DNA of 47,281 bases from positions 90,845,284-90,892,564 of the forward strand of contig NC_068987.1 in the NCBI RefSeq assembly GCF_001194135.2, read 5' to 3'. The stretch's first letter is position 1. Each line of letters starts with the position of its first letter. Shown here one piece after another: positions 37,489 through 47,210 of the stretch. The notes under the pieces are model-generated. The model worked only from the letters and a program-made list of their open reading frames with translations, was not told where the DNA came from and made no database searches. Source of the stretch: Octopus bimaculoides. Taxonomy: Eukaryota. The position numbers were made by a program, and so were the translations under genes.

Positions 37489-40400
37489 CTAACAGGAACA
37501 ATCGATATAATGGCTTTTTAGATTGATGACCAAACTTTTTTATTTGGTAAAATAAATATTCTATTAGGTTCCATAATCGTTCACCTTTAAGACCCTTAGA
37601 ATTCCGTAAACTCAAGAAGTGATATACATTCTACATAGAATTTCACAACAAATTTAAAACCAGAGCGTCTACATAGTAACCGTTAAGAATGGTTAAATCT
37701 TCCTCAAATTTCACCCATTGGAGCCATGTAACCAACAATGCTACTGTTCAAACATGCATAATAATGGAAAATAAAGAGGCTAGACAGTTGTGTGGGTAAT
37801 TCTTCCACTCAGCATCTTTTCTTATTTAAAACATTCATAGAATTAAATTCAAAATACAGAAGATAAGATATACCTTGAACCCGAAGTAGTTATATTTGTA
37901 ATCTCTGTCATGAATAATTGCAGAATTCAATTTCTGAAAAGAAAGTAAAAGAATTTATTAACAATTCTTATTTGTTCAAAATATACAAAAAATTAAAGAA
38001 TCAATTTATTTTTTCAGTTTGATAAATTTTCAGTATTTGTAAACTGCCATCCAACAGTGGAAGCTGATTGTCAAATTGTTGTCCAACAGTTGACTGCTTT
38101 GTAAACAGTTATTTAAGTCACCACAGTTTTATATTTTGGTTGCTTTATTTTTTTTTTTAGTTTGGTTACAAAGAATGGCATCGATGGTCCAACATTTGTG
38201 CAACTGATACCATTAATGTTCTGTTTAAACTATTACAAGCCAACAACTGGAGGGAATTCCAGAGGGAATAAAAGACCTTATTGGAGACGGTCTCTTTGTT
38301 CATGGAGCCAATACAGTTCCAGCATGAGGGAGGAATCAAAGATGGTATTGTCTGCATAGAAGTGGATATCATTGGAGATGATGACAAGTACAGATGTATA
38401 AGAGGAAGAGTTTGGGAAGACAAAACCAAACCCTGAGGCCTACTAAAGTTGAAAGTGTAGAGACAGTTCCATCAACATACAGTACAAGACTCCATTTAAT
38501 TGGCTAAATATCCCCCTTTCTTCCCACCACAAACAAGGGCAAGTATTGCTCCTCCTCCTTTCAGACAAGACACAATGCAGAAAAAGAAAAAAAACTGAAA
38601 TATATGTCTACCAAAGTTACAATTAATTGCAGACAAAATTCTTAAATGTAAAATTCTTGCCTCTTGGTTGCTTTTGATTAATTCATAAATATGTGGTGCA
38701 ATCTTTGGAGAATGTTTTTCAGTCCTAAGGTTCACATAATTGTAAAGATCTTCCATGACATCTAGAAAAGATAGAGAACAACATCTATAGTCATACAAAC
38801 AGACTTAGCTTAGCTACAGCAATCTACTTCTATTGACATTTAACATACACCTCGGGGAAGGAGAAAAGGTTTCCCGTTTGACATTCCACCAATTCTACTA
38901 ATCCACTTCCTGGGACTGGTATTTCGTTTATCAACCCCAGATAACAGAGGCAGAACAAACATCACAAGGTTCTATCAATTATGCCTATCTGGTTTATATA
39001 CACACATGTATATAGACATACGTGTGTGTGTGTGTGTGTGTATATATACATATATATGAGGGTAAGTCAAAAAGTAATGCCATTTTGTTTGGGACAGGAA
39101 CATGTATCATACATGAAAACAAAGCTGGTCCTGTGGATCACATCCCTACTTCTCAATAGCAATGTTCCACCTTCAAATGAGAGTATGTATCCCTGCCCCG
39201 TAAAATTCTATTGACTGTTCTTTGAGCCACTTCTTCACTACCTCCACACTCACCAGATTTAGCGCCTTCAGACTATCATCTCTTCAGTGCCACGATAGAG
39301 GGTTTGAGAAGCAAACATTATTCCAGTGACTTAGCTCCCTCTGACTTTCATCTATTACCAAAAATGAAAAAAAGCCCTGGCTGGTCACCATTTTGCCAGT
39401 GACAATGACATAGACATTGTAGGAAGTTTCTGGGAGTCTCAAACATGAGTTCCTTTATGCCAGGATAATGGTGCTTCAGCACCACTGGAGAAAGTGTTCT
39501 GCCATCGTGAGGGGACTACATTGAAAAATAAATCATCATGTCTTGTGCTATGTTTTGTTTTTTTTGAGGCTCAAGACTTTTCATACACCCCTCGTATATA
39601 TATATATATATATATATGATAATAATAATAATAATATTAGGGATAAAATCCAAAATTACAGGTAAAAACTCAATTAAAATCAATTTATTAAAGATTAAAA
39701 TTAAATTAAGTTTCACAGTATAAAATATATATATATATAATGACTAAATATTCATCATGAATACTTGTAAAAATGTTAGTATTGTCATCAGCGGCAAATC
39801 TAAATAATTGGTAACAGTAACATTAGTGGCAGCAAGCGATATTAGTATTAAACAGCTATACATTAAATTCTTAATTATATTAAAGGGTACACGAAGCACC
39901 ACATCAAGGAAATTTCTTGGGTTCATAAGTTCAAATGAAATCCTCAAAAGTGGGGCCTCGTTGTGGCCACAATCTATCCAGAGTCTGCAACAAATACAGG
40001 AATAAAAAAATGGGGAAAAGCACATACATACACACACACACATATTTCCACAACAGGTTAACATTAACACAAACTTGTCCCTTTGCTTTATAATGGTCAC
40101 TGGTATCTCTTAAACACACACACACACACACCTCATAAATAGTGAATAGTTAAGAATCAAAATTAAAATTCTCACCACTGAAAACCTTTTTCGTCTCTTT
40201 ATGCATGTTTGAGACAGCAATGCGAGCAGCTAAAATGGCATAGTCAGGGTGTTTGGTTGTCATAGTAGCAGCAGTCTCAGCAGCCAGGTTATCCAACTCA
40301 ACAGTCGTCACACCAGAATAAAGACCATTGATAACTTTCATGGTGATGTTTTCCTAAAATAAAATATTAAAGGTAATATACACTAAAAGTCTAAGCCCTC

Positions 40401-43400
40401 CACATGTGGTACATGCAATACATAAATCAAAATTGCAAAGCCTCTACAGACTCAATATGCTATAAATAACAGCTAAATCTCCCTCTAACTGGGACCCCCT
40501 GACACATAAACACCAGATATTCTGTGAGAAAGAAGCATCAGTCAGAGAAATGTTACACCAAAACTCAATACGGAACAATTGTCTACACATATTTTTGAGC
40601 ACTTACCAATGCACCCGTACATAAAAGAATTAAGACTCCCCACCCCATTTCAAAAATTTCTATTTTAATTACCCAAAAAAGGTTTGATAAAGAAACGAAT
40701 TTAATGAAGTGTCCGATAAACTGGTCCATTCTGTTACCTAAACTCATGTACTCCCCCACTCCACCCTTAGGATTTGTGGAACTGCAAAGTTGTCACATTC
40801 TTCAAGAAGGAATCACGAGAATAAAAAGGAAAAACTTTCGATCTGTTAAATTTATTATTTGACAATGATTTCTCGATTTAATACTTTCGCTCCTTCTTGT
40901 AATACAATAAACGTAAACAAATGTTTGGGCATAACTACACAAGTGGGCCCCACCGACTTTTTGCCTTAAAACTTTCTGAAAAATTGATACATTTTTAGAT
41001 GAAATTTTCAAATATATTTTAGATGATATAGATTATGATTATATCGGAACTCAATGTGAAAAATATTTCGGGCGTGGGGGGAGGAATTTCGGATAATTCA
41101 CACATCGTTTTTGTTTCCTCACACATCGAGAATGTAGATTATAATTATGTTGGGGGGGGGAAAAAAAAAAGGTTACTTTTGCGGACAATTCCACTTTTTT
41201 CTTTCTGGAATTGATGAAATGAATATTCTATAATAAAATGAAACTTCCCAAGCCTATACGAAACAGTCACACCAACAAATTCATCTGATAATTTTTTTTT
41301 TTTTTCTAATTATGCCGGTGTCTCAGGAAACTATTTTAAAATTTCTCGAAGGGAAATAATGAAACAGCCCTCAAAAGTAATTTTATTTTTTTTACTGAAT
41401 AAAATGGACCAAGTTTTGATAAACCCAGCGGCACTATAATGCTATTAGCTGTCAGAAGTGAAAGTGCTCACTGCTAGTGAAGTATCTGTCTGTCTGCCTG
41501 CATGCCTATTGCTGGCGACTGACAGCTAATACCATGACTGGCCGGAGCGAGCTATATGTCTAGCCTTTCGGAAAATATTAGAAGGCAACATTAATCAGCT
41601 GCATCTAATTAAGAACCTCTTCAATCATGAAGGTCAATGGGATTGCACCTAGAAAGTTCCCCTCCGAATTACAAGCTAGGGCAAGGTTGTTTATGGAAGA
41701 TCAGCAGTTGCCCATGCATAGCAGCCTCCCCTCTCCATGTCACCGATGTTATTATCCGAGGGAAAGGCAAAGGGGCCAATACAGCTTGGCACCGGTGACA
41801 GTGCTACAGCTGAGTGAACTGGAGCAACATGAAATAAAGTGTCTTGCTCAAGAACACAACACACTTCCCAGTCCGAGAATCGAACTCACTTTCTCACAAA
41901 TGTGAGCCCGATGTTTTAAACAGAGCCATGCGCCTAACAATTACAGCATAAATATATATTTATGGGGGCAAAAGGCAGTTTCGATCGCATTCCATTGAGA
42001 GAATTTAAAAATTTCTTCATAACCATTTAAAATCAATCAGCTGAAGGAAAGGGTAAACTGCTTCAGCAACAGTTTCAGGGGTTTTCCTTCGATTTTCCTG
42101 TTATTGTTTGGGGAATATAAACTAGAAAAAGAAATTCAAAATTACAAACACACACACGTGTGCGTAGATTACTAAAACAACGCATTCGAAATAAAAAATT
42201 TCAGCGGAAAAAACTTTACATTTCGTCAATAATTTATTCTAAATTTATTTTAAGCCCCTATCCAGGAGATATTTCAGAAAATCCGAAAATATGTCTTCGA
42301 AGAAGTTTCATAAGTTTTTTTTCTCATTGATATTTTATTCCGTTCATTGAGATTAACGTAATTCGAAATCTAAATTATTCCTAAATTGTATAAATGAAAT
42401 CCTTTTCACTAATCAAAACTCAAAAGCTTTGATTAGAAAAAAATAGAACTTCGCCACGTAATTGTCGAATTTATTAAAAAAAAAACAAAAATACAATTAA
42501 AATCAATTTTTAAAATGTCACTGTATTCTGTTGAATGATTAATCTGAACGTGATAAAATGAGTGTTATCAATTGTTGCTTATATAATGACCTACTACAAA
42601 TTTCCCGCCAGTTATGTTGGTTTCACTTGATTAACCACAAAAGGGGGGAAATGTCCATCGAAAAACGCCCCTCAGAGAAAACAACCAAGTCAATTTCACT
42701 GGGATTCGAACTCAAAAATAACAAAGGTGCCTTATTTAACAGTGAAATATCCAGTCCGTTTTCCTATCGTTTCCGTTGTTACTCAATGTCTTTTCCCGCC
42801 GGTATCAATTACACCCCTCATTAACAACACAGCTGATAGTGATTGCAAATCATATTTCAAAGTTATTATCACGTACTAAATTCTATTATTGCTGGAATAA
42901 AACTTTTAAGTCCTTGCACCAGCAAAAAGAAGTAATTAATTTTGGCGGACTTTCAGAATAGATGTGCCATTATCTTTTAACTGTAAATCAACCGAAGAAT
43001 AAGTTTCTTATCTACAAACGTTAACTCATTATAAACGCATAACGATGATGTATTTGACTGTTTAATTCTGCGAGGCGAATTTGGCGGAATTCTGGTTTAT
43101 CCACAAGTAACAAAGAAGGCCTAACTAGAATCAGCCGCCAAATCAACACCAACTGTTTTAAACAATACAGAACACATTAATGTACTGCTACATACATGTT
43201 TAAACTGAATGTGGGGGTGATCACGATTTAATTACAATTTAATACAATGAGCTTTAGTCTGCTAACTACTCGGCCGAATTCCTCTAACGACCAGGCTACA
43301 ACAACCATCCACTGAAAACGGAACAATACACAGAAGTAATCTTCGATTTCTCTACACCGGACAAGATATCAACCAAAAATTATTGATAATAAATACATTA

Positions 43401-44138
43401 NNNNNNNNNNATAAAAAAAGAGTAGAAATGTAACAAGTTCGAGGTTAAATAATAATGGAAATAAAAGATCTTAGTTCTAAAATTGACTTTGATTCTAACA
43501 ATGTTCAGTTTGTTCGTCTTCTGTCTTTTATTCCTTTGTTGATGAGTTATACATGAAATCAGATTAAATTGTTTTAGTTAAGGAAAAATAGGGAACAGAA
43601 GGCAAACAAAAAGCTTGAAATTGTAACGGAGCTTGCAATCGGTGAATGGAATTATAATAGAGAAAATAGAGGCATAACTACAGCTAGAATCAATAATACT
43701 TTAAATGTAATTTCTCCTATATTAAATATTAACAATAATGTTTATTACCGGTCGGATGAAGTCCATGTTAAGATTATAACATAACTTCTTGATCCGGGAT
43801 GTGATTTTGTCGAAATGGATGTCTTCTTTGCGCCCATCTGAATAAAATAAAATTATTTTTAATTAAAAAAAGAATTTGCATTAAGGTTTTTCGAAAATAA
43901 ATAAATGCAAGATGTTTCTGTCAGATGTTTTTTTTTTTTTTGGAATATGACAAAATGTTTTTTTTTTGTTTTTATCTTAGGCCGGACAACTTAAGAAGTT
44001 GTCAATTCAGAAAGTATAAACAACGATTTCCAGTTGAATAAAATAAATATATAGATAGATGGATGTTTAAATAAAATAAAAACGTGCGTTGGGATAATAC
44101 AAACCTCTTTTAACAACATATAAATGCGGAGAATTCAT
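14709..44138 (-). CDS. RRM1: Ribonucleoside-diphosphate reductase large subunit (class Ia alpha), 18 coding exons, 2376 nt, 791 aa
   Basis: Exons join into one uninterrupted frame [16 protein letters not shown]...REECLMCSG*; ATP-cone, [37 protein letters not shown] and the C-terminal CxxC are all intact. Confidence 0.98.
15398..15583 (-). CDS. RRM1: RRM1 exon 17 ([20 protein letters not shown]...FYAWKM)
   Basis: AG/GTAAGT boundaries, 186 nt. Confidence 0.97.
16440..16620. mobile_element. SINE family with core GGTACTTAATTTATCGACCCCGAAAGGATGAAAGGCAAAGTCGAC (representative; other copies ~18895-19085, 27940-28200, 34270-34400, 45915-46060)
   Basis: Multiple divergent copies within the window; the GAATTTGAACTC segment is B-box-like on the opposite strand. 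Confidence 0.7.
17709..17804 (-). CDS. RRM1: RRM1 exon 16 ([16 protein letters not shown]...NGSIQ)
   Basis: AG/GTGAGT boundaries, 96 nt. Confidence 0.97.
19282..19417 (-). CDS. RRM1: RRM1 exon 15 ([20 protein letters not shown]...SGEFM)
   Basis: AG/GTAATT boundaries, 136 nt. Confidence 0.97.
20620..20930 (+). mobile_element. Possible highly decayed RTE-like LINE fragment
   Basis: Weak frameshifted similarity ([23 protein letters not shown]) to the RTE C-terminal region. Confidence 0.3.
21555..21810 (-). mobile_element. RTE-tail/SINE copy (TTCCATGCTGGCATGGGTTGG family; others ~3836, 5410, 8513, 18590, 20478, 27040, 28470, and opposite orientation 32160-32430)
   Basis: Many divergent copies in the window; same sequence as the 3'UTR of the RTE at 2455-3560. 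Confidence 0.8.
22840..22916 (-). CDS. RRM1: RRM1 exon 14 ([25 protein letters not shown])
   Basis: AG/GTAAGA boundaries, 77 nt. Confidence 0.96.
23180..23687 (-). mobile_element. Penelope-like element copy A: GIY-YIG-region C-terminus, tRNA-like head, decayed hammerhead, inverted terminal segment
   Basis: Minus 23593-23429 reads ..[49 protein letters not shown], resembling a Penelope ORF end; followed by the A box TGGCATAGTGG and B box GAGTTTGATTCC; inverted arm at 23590-23687. Confidence 0.75.
24297..24518 (-). CDS. RRM1: RRM1 exon 13 ([17 protein letters not shown]...GSPVSKG)
   Basis: AG/GTAAGT boundaries, 222 nt. Confidence 0.97.
25300..25767 (-). mobile_element. Penelope-derived foldback copy B: two head-to-head tRNA-like plus hammerhead units
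   Basis: Arms ~25340-25545 and ~25562-25767 are reverse complements of each other; same unique flank as copies A and C. Confidence 0.8.
25375..25420 (-). ncRNA. Minimal type-I hammerhead ribozyme motif on the RRM1 sense strand
   Basis: GACAC-CUGAUGA-A-GGCUG(gaggguauau)UAGCU-GAAAC-GUU-GUGUU: stem I GACAC/GUGUU, stem II with two G-U pairs, palindromic AACGUU in place of stem III; activity untested. Confidence 0.6.
26860..27009 (-). CDS. RRM1: RRM1 exon 12 (VAVCNLAS...YPVEE)
   Basis: AG/GTAAGC boundaries, 150 nt. Confidence 0.97.
27432..27875 (-). CDS. RRM1: RRM1 exon 11 ([13 protein letters not shown]...[16 protein letters not shown])
   Basis: AG/GTAAGT boundaries, 444 nt; carries the active-site N/C/E motif. 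Confidence 0.98.
29570..29653 (-). CDS. RRM1: RRM1 exon 10 ([28 protein letters not shown])
   Basis: AG/GTGGGT boundaries, 84 nt. Confidence 0.97.
29712..30004 (-). mobile_element. Penelope-derived foldback copy C (short)
   Basis: ~110-bp inverted arms around a 17-nt loop; same family as A and B. Confidence 0.8.
29913..29958 (+). ncRNA. Minimal type-I hammerhead ribozyme motif, best-preserved copy, antisense to RRM1
   Basis: GACAC-CTGATGA-A-GGCTG(GAGGGTATAT)CAGCC-GAAAC-GTT-GTGTT; perfect stem II; activity untested. Confidence 0.65.
30980..31121 (-). CDS. RRM1: RRM1 exon 9 ([20 protein letters not shown]...SYIAG)
   Basis: AG/GTAAGT boundaries, 142 nt. Confidence 0.97.
32621..32706 (-). CDS. 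RRM1: RRM1 exon 8 ([28 protein letters not shown])
   Basis: AG/GTAAGT boundaries, 86 nt. Confidence 0.97.
34040..34116 (-). CDS. RRM1: RRM1 exon 7 ([26 protein letters not shown])
   Basis: AG/GTAAGG boundaries, 77 nt. Confidence 0.97.
34846..34885 (-). CDS. RRM1: RRM1 exon 6 ([13 protein letters not shown])
   Basis: AG/GT boundaries, 40 nt. Confidence 0.96.
35004..37410 (-). mobile_element. Decayed Tc1/mariner-superfamily element, maT (DD37D)-like, split by a piggyBac insertion
   Basis: Minus 37170-36787 reads WQQ(N)[15 protein letters not shown](L)PN..DCNP with 37 residues between the 2nd and 3rd catalytic positions; C-terminus [29 protein letters not shown] at 35213-35124; outer ends approximate. 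Confidence 0.75.
35214..36786 (+). mobile_element. Decayed piggyBac element (second family) nested in the maT element
   Basis: TTAA at 35210-35213, TTGA at 36787-36790; TIR CCCCTTAGTGTTTAGA versus decayed TCTAAATACTAAAGCA; transposase fragments [29 protein letters not shown] and the C-terminal Cys-rich remnant [13 protein letters not shown]. Confidence 0.8.
37408..37486. repeat. Compound microsatellite (TATG)n(TG)n(TA)n
   Basis: Direct inspection. Confidence 0.95.
37874..37933 (-). CDS. RRM1: RRM1 exon 5 ([20 protein letters not shown])
   Basis: AG/GT boundaries, 60 nt. Confidence 0.96.
38661..38761 (-). CDS. RRM1: RRM1 exon 4 (DVMEDLYNY...KSNQE), GC donor
   Basis: TTCTAG acceptor; ends GAG|GCAAGA; 101 nt keeps frame with exon 5. 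Confidence 0.9.
39056..39596 (+). mobile_element. Mariner-derived remnant(s)
   Basis: Mariner-type ends TGAGGGTAAGTCAAAAAGT and ACTTTTCATACACCCCTCG(TA); [14 protein letters not shown] and DLAPSDFHL motifs; GDYIEK* C-terminus. Confidence 0.75.
40176..40353 (-). CDS. RRM1: RRM1 exon 3 ([10 protein letters not shown]...KKVFS)
   Basis: AG/GTGAGA boundaries, 178 nt. Confidence 0.97.
42601..43142. promoter_or_regulatory. Cluster of five E2F-type sites in RRM1 intron 2
   Basis: TTTCCCGC at 42601 and 42792, TTTGGCGG at 42941 and 43080, CCGCCAAA at 43135. Confidence 0.5.
43749..43837 (-). CDS. RRM1: RRM1 exon 2 ([29 protein letters not shown])
   Basis: TTCAG acceptor, GTAATA donor, 89 nt. Confidence 0.96.
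44105..44138 (-). CDS. RRM1: RRM1 exon 1 ([12 protein letters not shown])
   Basis: VxKRD ATP-cone start; donor G|GTTTGT; phase 1 fits exon 2. Confidence 0.88.
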
Positions 44139-44206
44139 GTTGAGTGCTTGAAGAGAACTGACACAACGAAACCTGCCAGACAAGACAATTGTTAACAACT
44201 GAATAA

Positions 44207-44290
44207 GCGCCAAATCAAAACGGCGGGTAAAAAAAATACAGCGGTCACGGGATCAGATCAAAGCAATTCTATTGGTCAATAGTTGCCAAT
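44207..44290 (-). promoter_or_regulatory. RRM1: RRM1 proximal promoter: E2F site plus two CCAAT boxes
   Basis: TTTGGCGC (44214-44207), near-E2F GCGGGTAAA at 44223, ATTGG at 44271, CCAAT at 44286; RRM1 is an established E2F target in animals. Confidence 0.7.
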
Positions 44291-45038
44291 CGTTAAATAA
44301 TAACACAATTTGTTGTTTTGGTTCAAACTTAGACGAATGATTTGACATAATAAAAACATTTTTCATTTAAAAATTGTGAATGCGCACTACACGCCGTGTC
44401 AAAAGTATATATAGTTTTTCATAACTGTTTATTAGTGAACAGGATTATTTTTCTTCTGCTCGGTGAGTGGGAAATAAGGACATTAGGCTCAGCTGCACCT
44501 GTACAATTTTATCTACATACCAGAGAACCTAACATGTAAACTAATGAGGTGAACCTTCGATAACGGAGATTATTACGAACGTGCAATTAAGACAAATCTC
44601 CCTCCAGAAATATTTGATATCAAGAAAGAGAGGCAACTACAAAAATATTAGAAGATAGTAATGAATCGTGTCTCTAAATCAACAGATGACATCAACGGAC
44701 ATGTTACAGACTTATTAGATCTCATCAGTAGAGGATTTTCTATCCAGCTGATAAAACGTCATTAGCATCTTCTTTTATATTCTTTTCATTGTTTCAGTTA
44801 TTGCACTGTGGCCATGTTGGAGCATCACCTTGAAAGGTTCAAAGTCGAATAAATCGCCCCCAGTACTTATTCTTCTGTTTAAGTTTGGTACTTTTTCTAT
44901 CGGACATCGTTGACCGAACCGTTAAGTTACGGCGACGTTAACAAACCAACACCGGTTGTCAAGTGCTGGAGAGGGTCAAAAGGAAGACACATACATGCAT
45001 ACATACATACATACACACACACATACATACATACATAC

Positions 45039-45870
45039 TTGAGAAGTACGTGGAATAAATAGGGGCTACAATATGGGTGGAACACTTGCAGAAAACAGCA
45101 CTGCTTGGAGCCGCTGGAATACTCCGGAAGGTGCTCGAAAAATAAGAGGTGTTACCTTAGTTCACTAGTAGTGAACAGCTAACATCGTAGTGCAAAGGCA
45201 ATAATGATGAGGAGGAGGAGGAGGAGGAAGAGGTTATGTGAAGTTTGTTCAATGGAGGCTATGTGAAAAGTACAGCCTGGACGGAGCACAGAAATGATAT
45301 GAACATGAACCAGAAGGAGCCACCGAGAACAAGGAACATAAAACACTGTGGGATTTTACAATCCAATGTGACTCCCTAATCAAGGCTCAAAGACCAGATA
45401 TTGTTGTGGTAGATCAAGGAAAAAAAGGAAACCAAAATTATAGATATTACAATATCTGGAGACACACGCATAAGTGACAAAGAACTAGAAAAGATTGAAA
45501 AGTAGAGATTACTAAAAGATGAAGTTGCAAGAATGTGAACCATGAAGGGAGTGTCTGTCATTGCAGCAGTTTTAGGGGCACTCGGAGCAGTAACAGCCAA
45601 GTTCGAGAAATATGTCAGAGAAATCGGAATTGACATGAGAGCAGAACAAGCCCCCAAAACCTGCTCTGTTTGGGTCAGCTAGGATTTTGAGATTGGTACT
45701 TGGATGTGGAATGTTTCCCATGATAAATAATGACCAAGTATCAAAGCTTATAATGTGCAGAAAGAGACCCTGTGAGTCCTCTGACAGCAGGCTGCTGTTC
45801 GTTCTCACAGAATCAACTAGAGCAAACGAAATCGAGCTCTTTGAGAGGTAAAACACCACCACCACCAACA
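45039..45870 (+). mobile_element. Two tandem 3' fragments of an R4/Dong-type (RLE) non-LTR retrotransposon
   Basis: QWRLCEKY..YEHEPEG..LWDFTIQCD..RPDIVVVD..IID..KELEKIEK..LGALG, a restriction-like endonuclease domain; the upstream fragment reads LQKTALLGAAGILRKVL; followed by (ACC)n(TAA)n. Confidence 0.8.
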
Positions 45871-47069
45871 ACAAGTGTAACAATAATAATAATAATTATT
45901 ATCTTTTCTACTATAGACACAAGGCCTGAAATTTGGGAAGAGGGGGTTAAATCGAGTACATCAACCCCAGTACTCAACTGGTACTTAATTTATCAACCCC
46001 GAAACGATGAAAGGCAAAGTCGATCTCGGCGGAATTTGAACTCAGAACGTAGCAGCAGTTGAAATATCTACATGAGCCAATATTACATGGATTTCAAAGA
46101 TGTTAAGGTGTGTGATGTAACGGTAATTTGGTTGCTATTTCTTGCAAGTCGAGCTTAAGGTTCTGTGCTCTGACATGTAGTAGCTTTTCAAAGATAAATC
46201 ATCGCTTAGGAATCAAACCTGAATTACCACATTTGGGCGTAAAGACACTAACAGCACGAACAAGATTAACCCTAAGATTCTGTCAAAGATTGATGATGTG
46301 GACAAACAACTGACCACTCAAATTTGTTAGAAACATGATATCATTAACAATTTTGTCTTCAGCACCTTTTCTTTGACAGACCATTAGGTATATCTAGATT
46401 TGTTTATCTACTAACTAACTATTGGTCACAGCTCAGCCAAGACTAATGGCTGAACAAACTTATGTCATTCAACTTCAGCTATTTTACCACGTTTGCCATT
46501 AATTACAGACGCCAAGGTACATAAATGCAGTGACACTTCAAAATAAATTCCAGAAAGTTTGGTGAAGAAAATATAAATATCATTGGAAGAAGAATTGGGA
46601 AAATGATTTCTGGGAAAGATAAGTGGTTGATGAGTGTTTTATTCATCAACATATATAAATATGCATAAGCATAAATGCCTGGTGGATGTTGTTTTCCTAA
46701 TGTAAATAAAATTGGAGTAATTTGACTCATACGAATTGAACTTTTAGAATCATGATGACTGCGACCCAACATCTTTTATTACTCAAAACATTCCACTTAT
46801 TTGTTGTACTCATGATAAATGTGATGGCGAGAAACATAATGGTGTTAGTATTGAAAGTCAAATGAGGAAAAAAAAACGGTAAACACCATAGCTTTTGTTA
46901 TTTAGTTTTTATCTGATCTAGGTTAAGATGTATCAAGTGTGAAGTGTTATTGACATATATATATATATGTAGTGAAACTACCTCCCGCCATTAGATACAA
47001 ACTACTATCGCCATTACATACAATCTTCTCATTTAAATATAAATAAATGCGAGCGTAGTAGAGAACCCA

Positions 47070-47210
47070 TTCCTTGTCATCACGTGACTGATCATTATTC
47101 GAATCGGCAACTTCTTCGAACCGTTCCCGCCAGAACGCAAACTGACCAATCACATCCCCTAATAAGGTCACGTGATAGAGTATTAAACTGAAGCCTTCGG
47201 GAGCCAATAG
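47070..47210. promoter_or_regulatory. CpG-rich promoter-like region: two GTCACGTGAT E-boxes, two CCAAT boxes, TTCCCGCC
   Basis: ATCACGTGAC ~47079, GTCACGTGAT ~47169, CCAAT ~47146 and ~47204; two CGCCATT (YY1-like) motifs just upstream. Confidence 0.5.

Noticed and set aside
38160-38480. Possible Gypsy RT remnant ([21 protein letters not shown])
   Set aside because: Similarity to the YxDD region is too weak to support without a search
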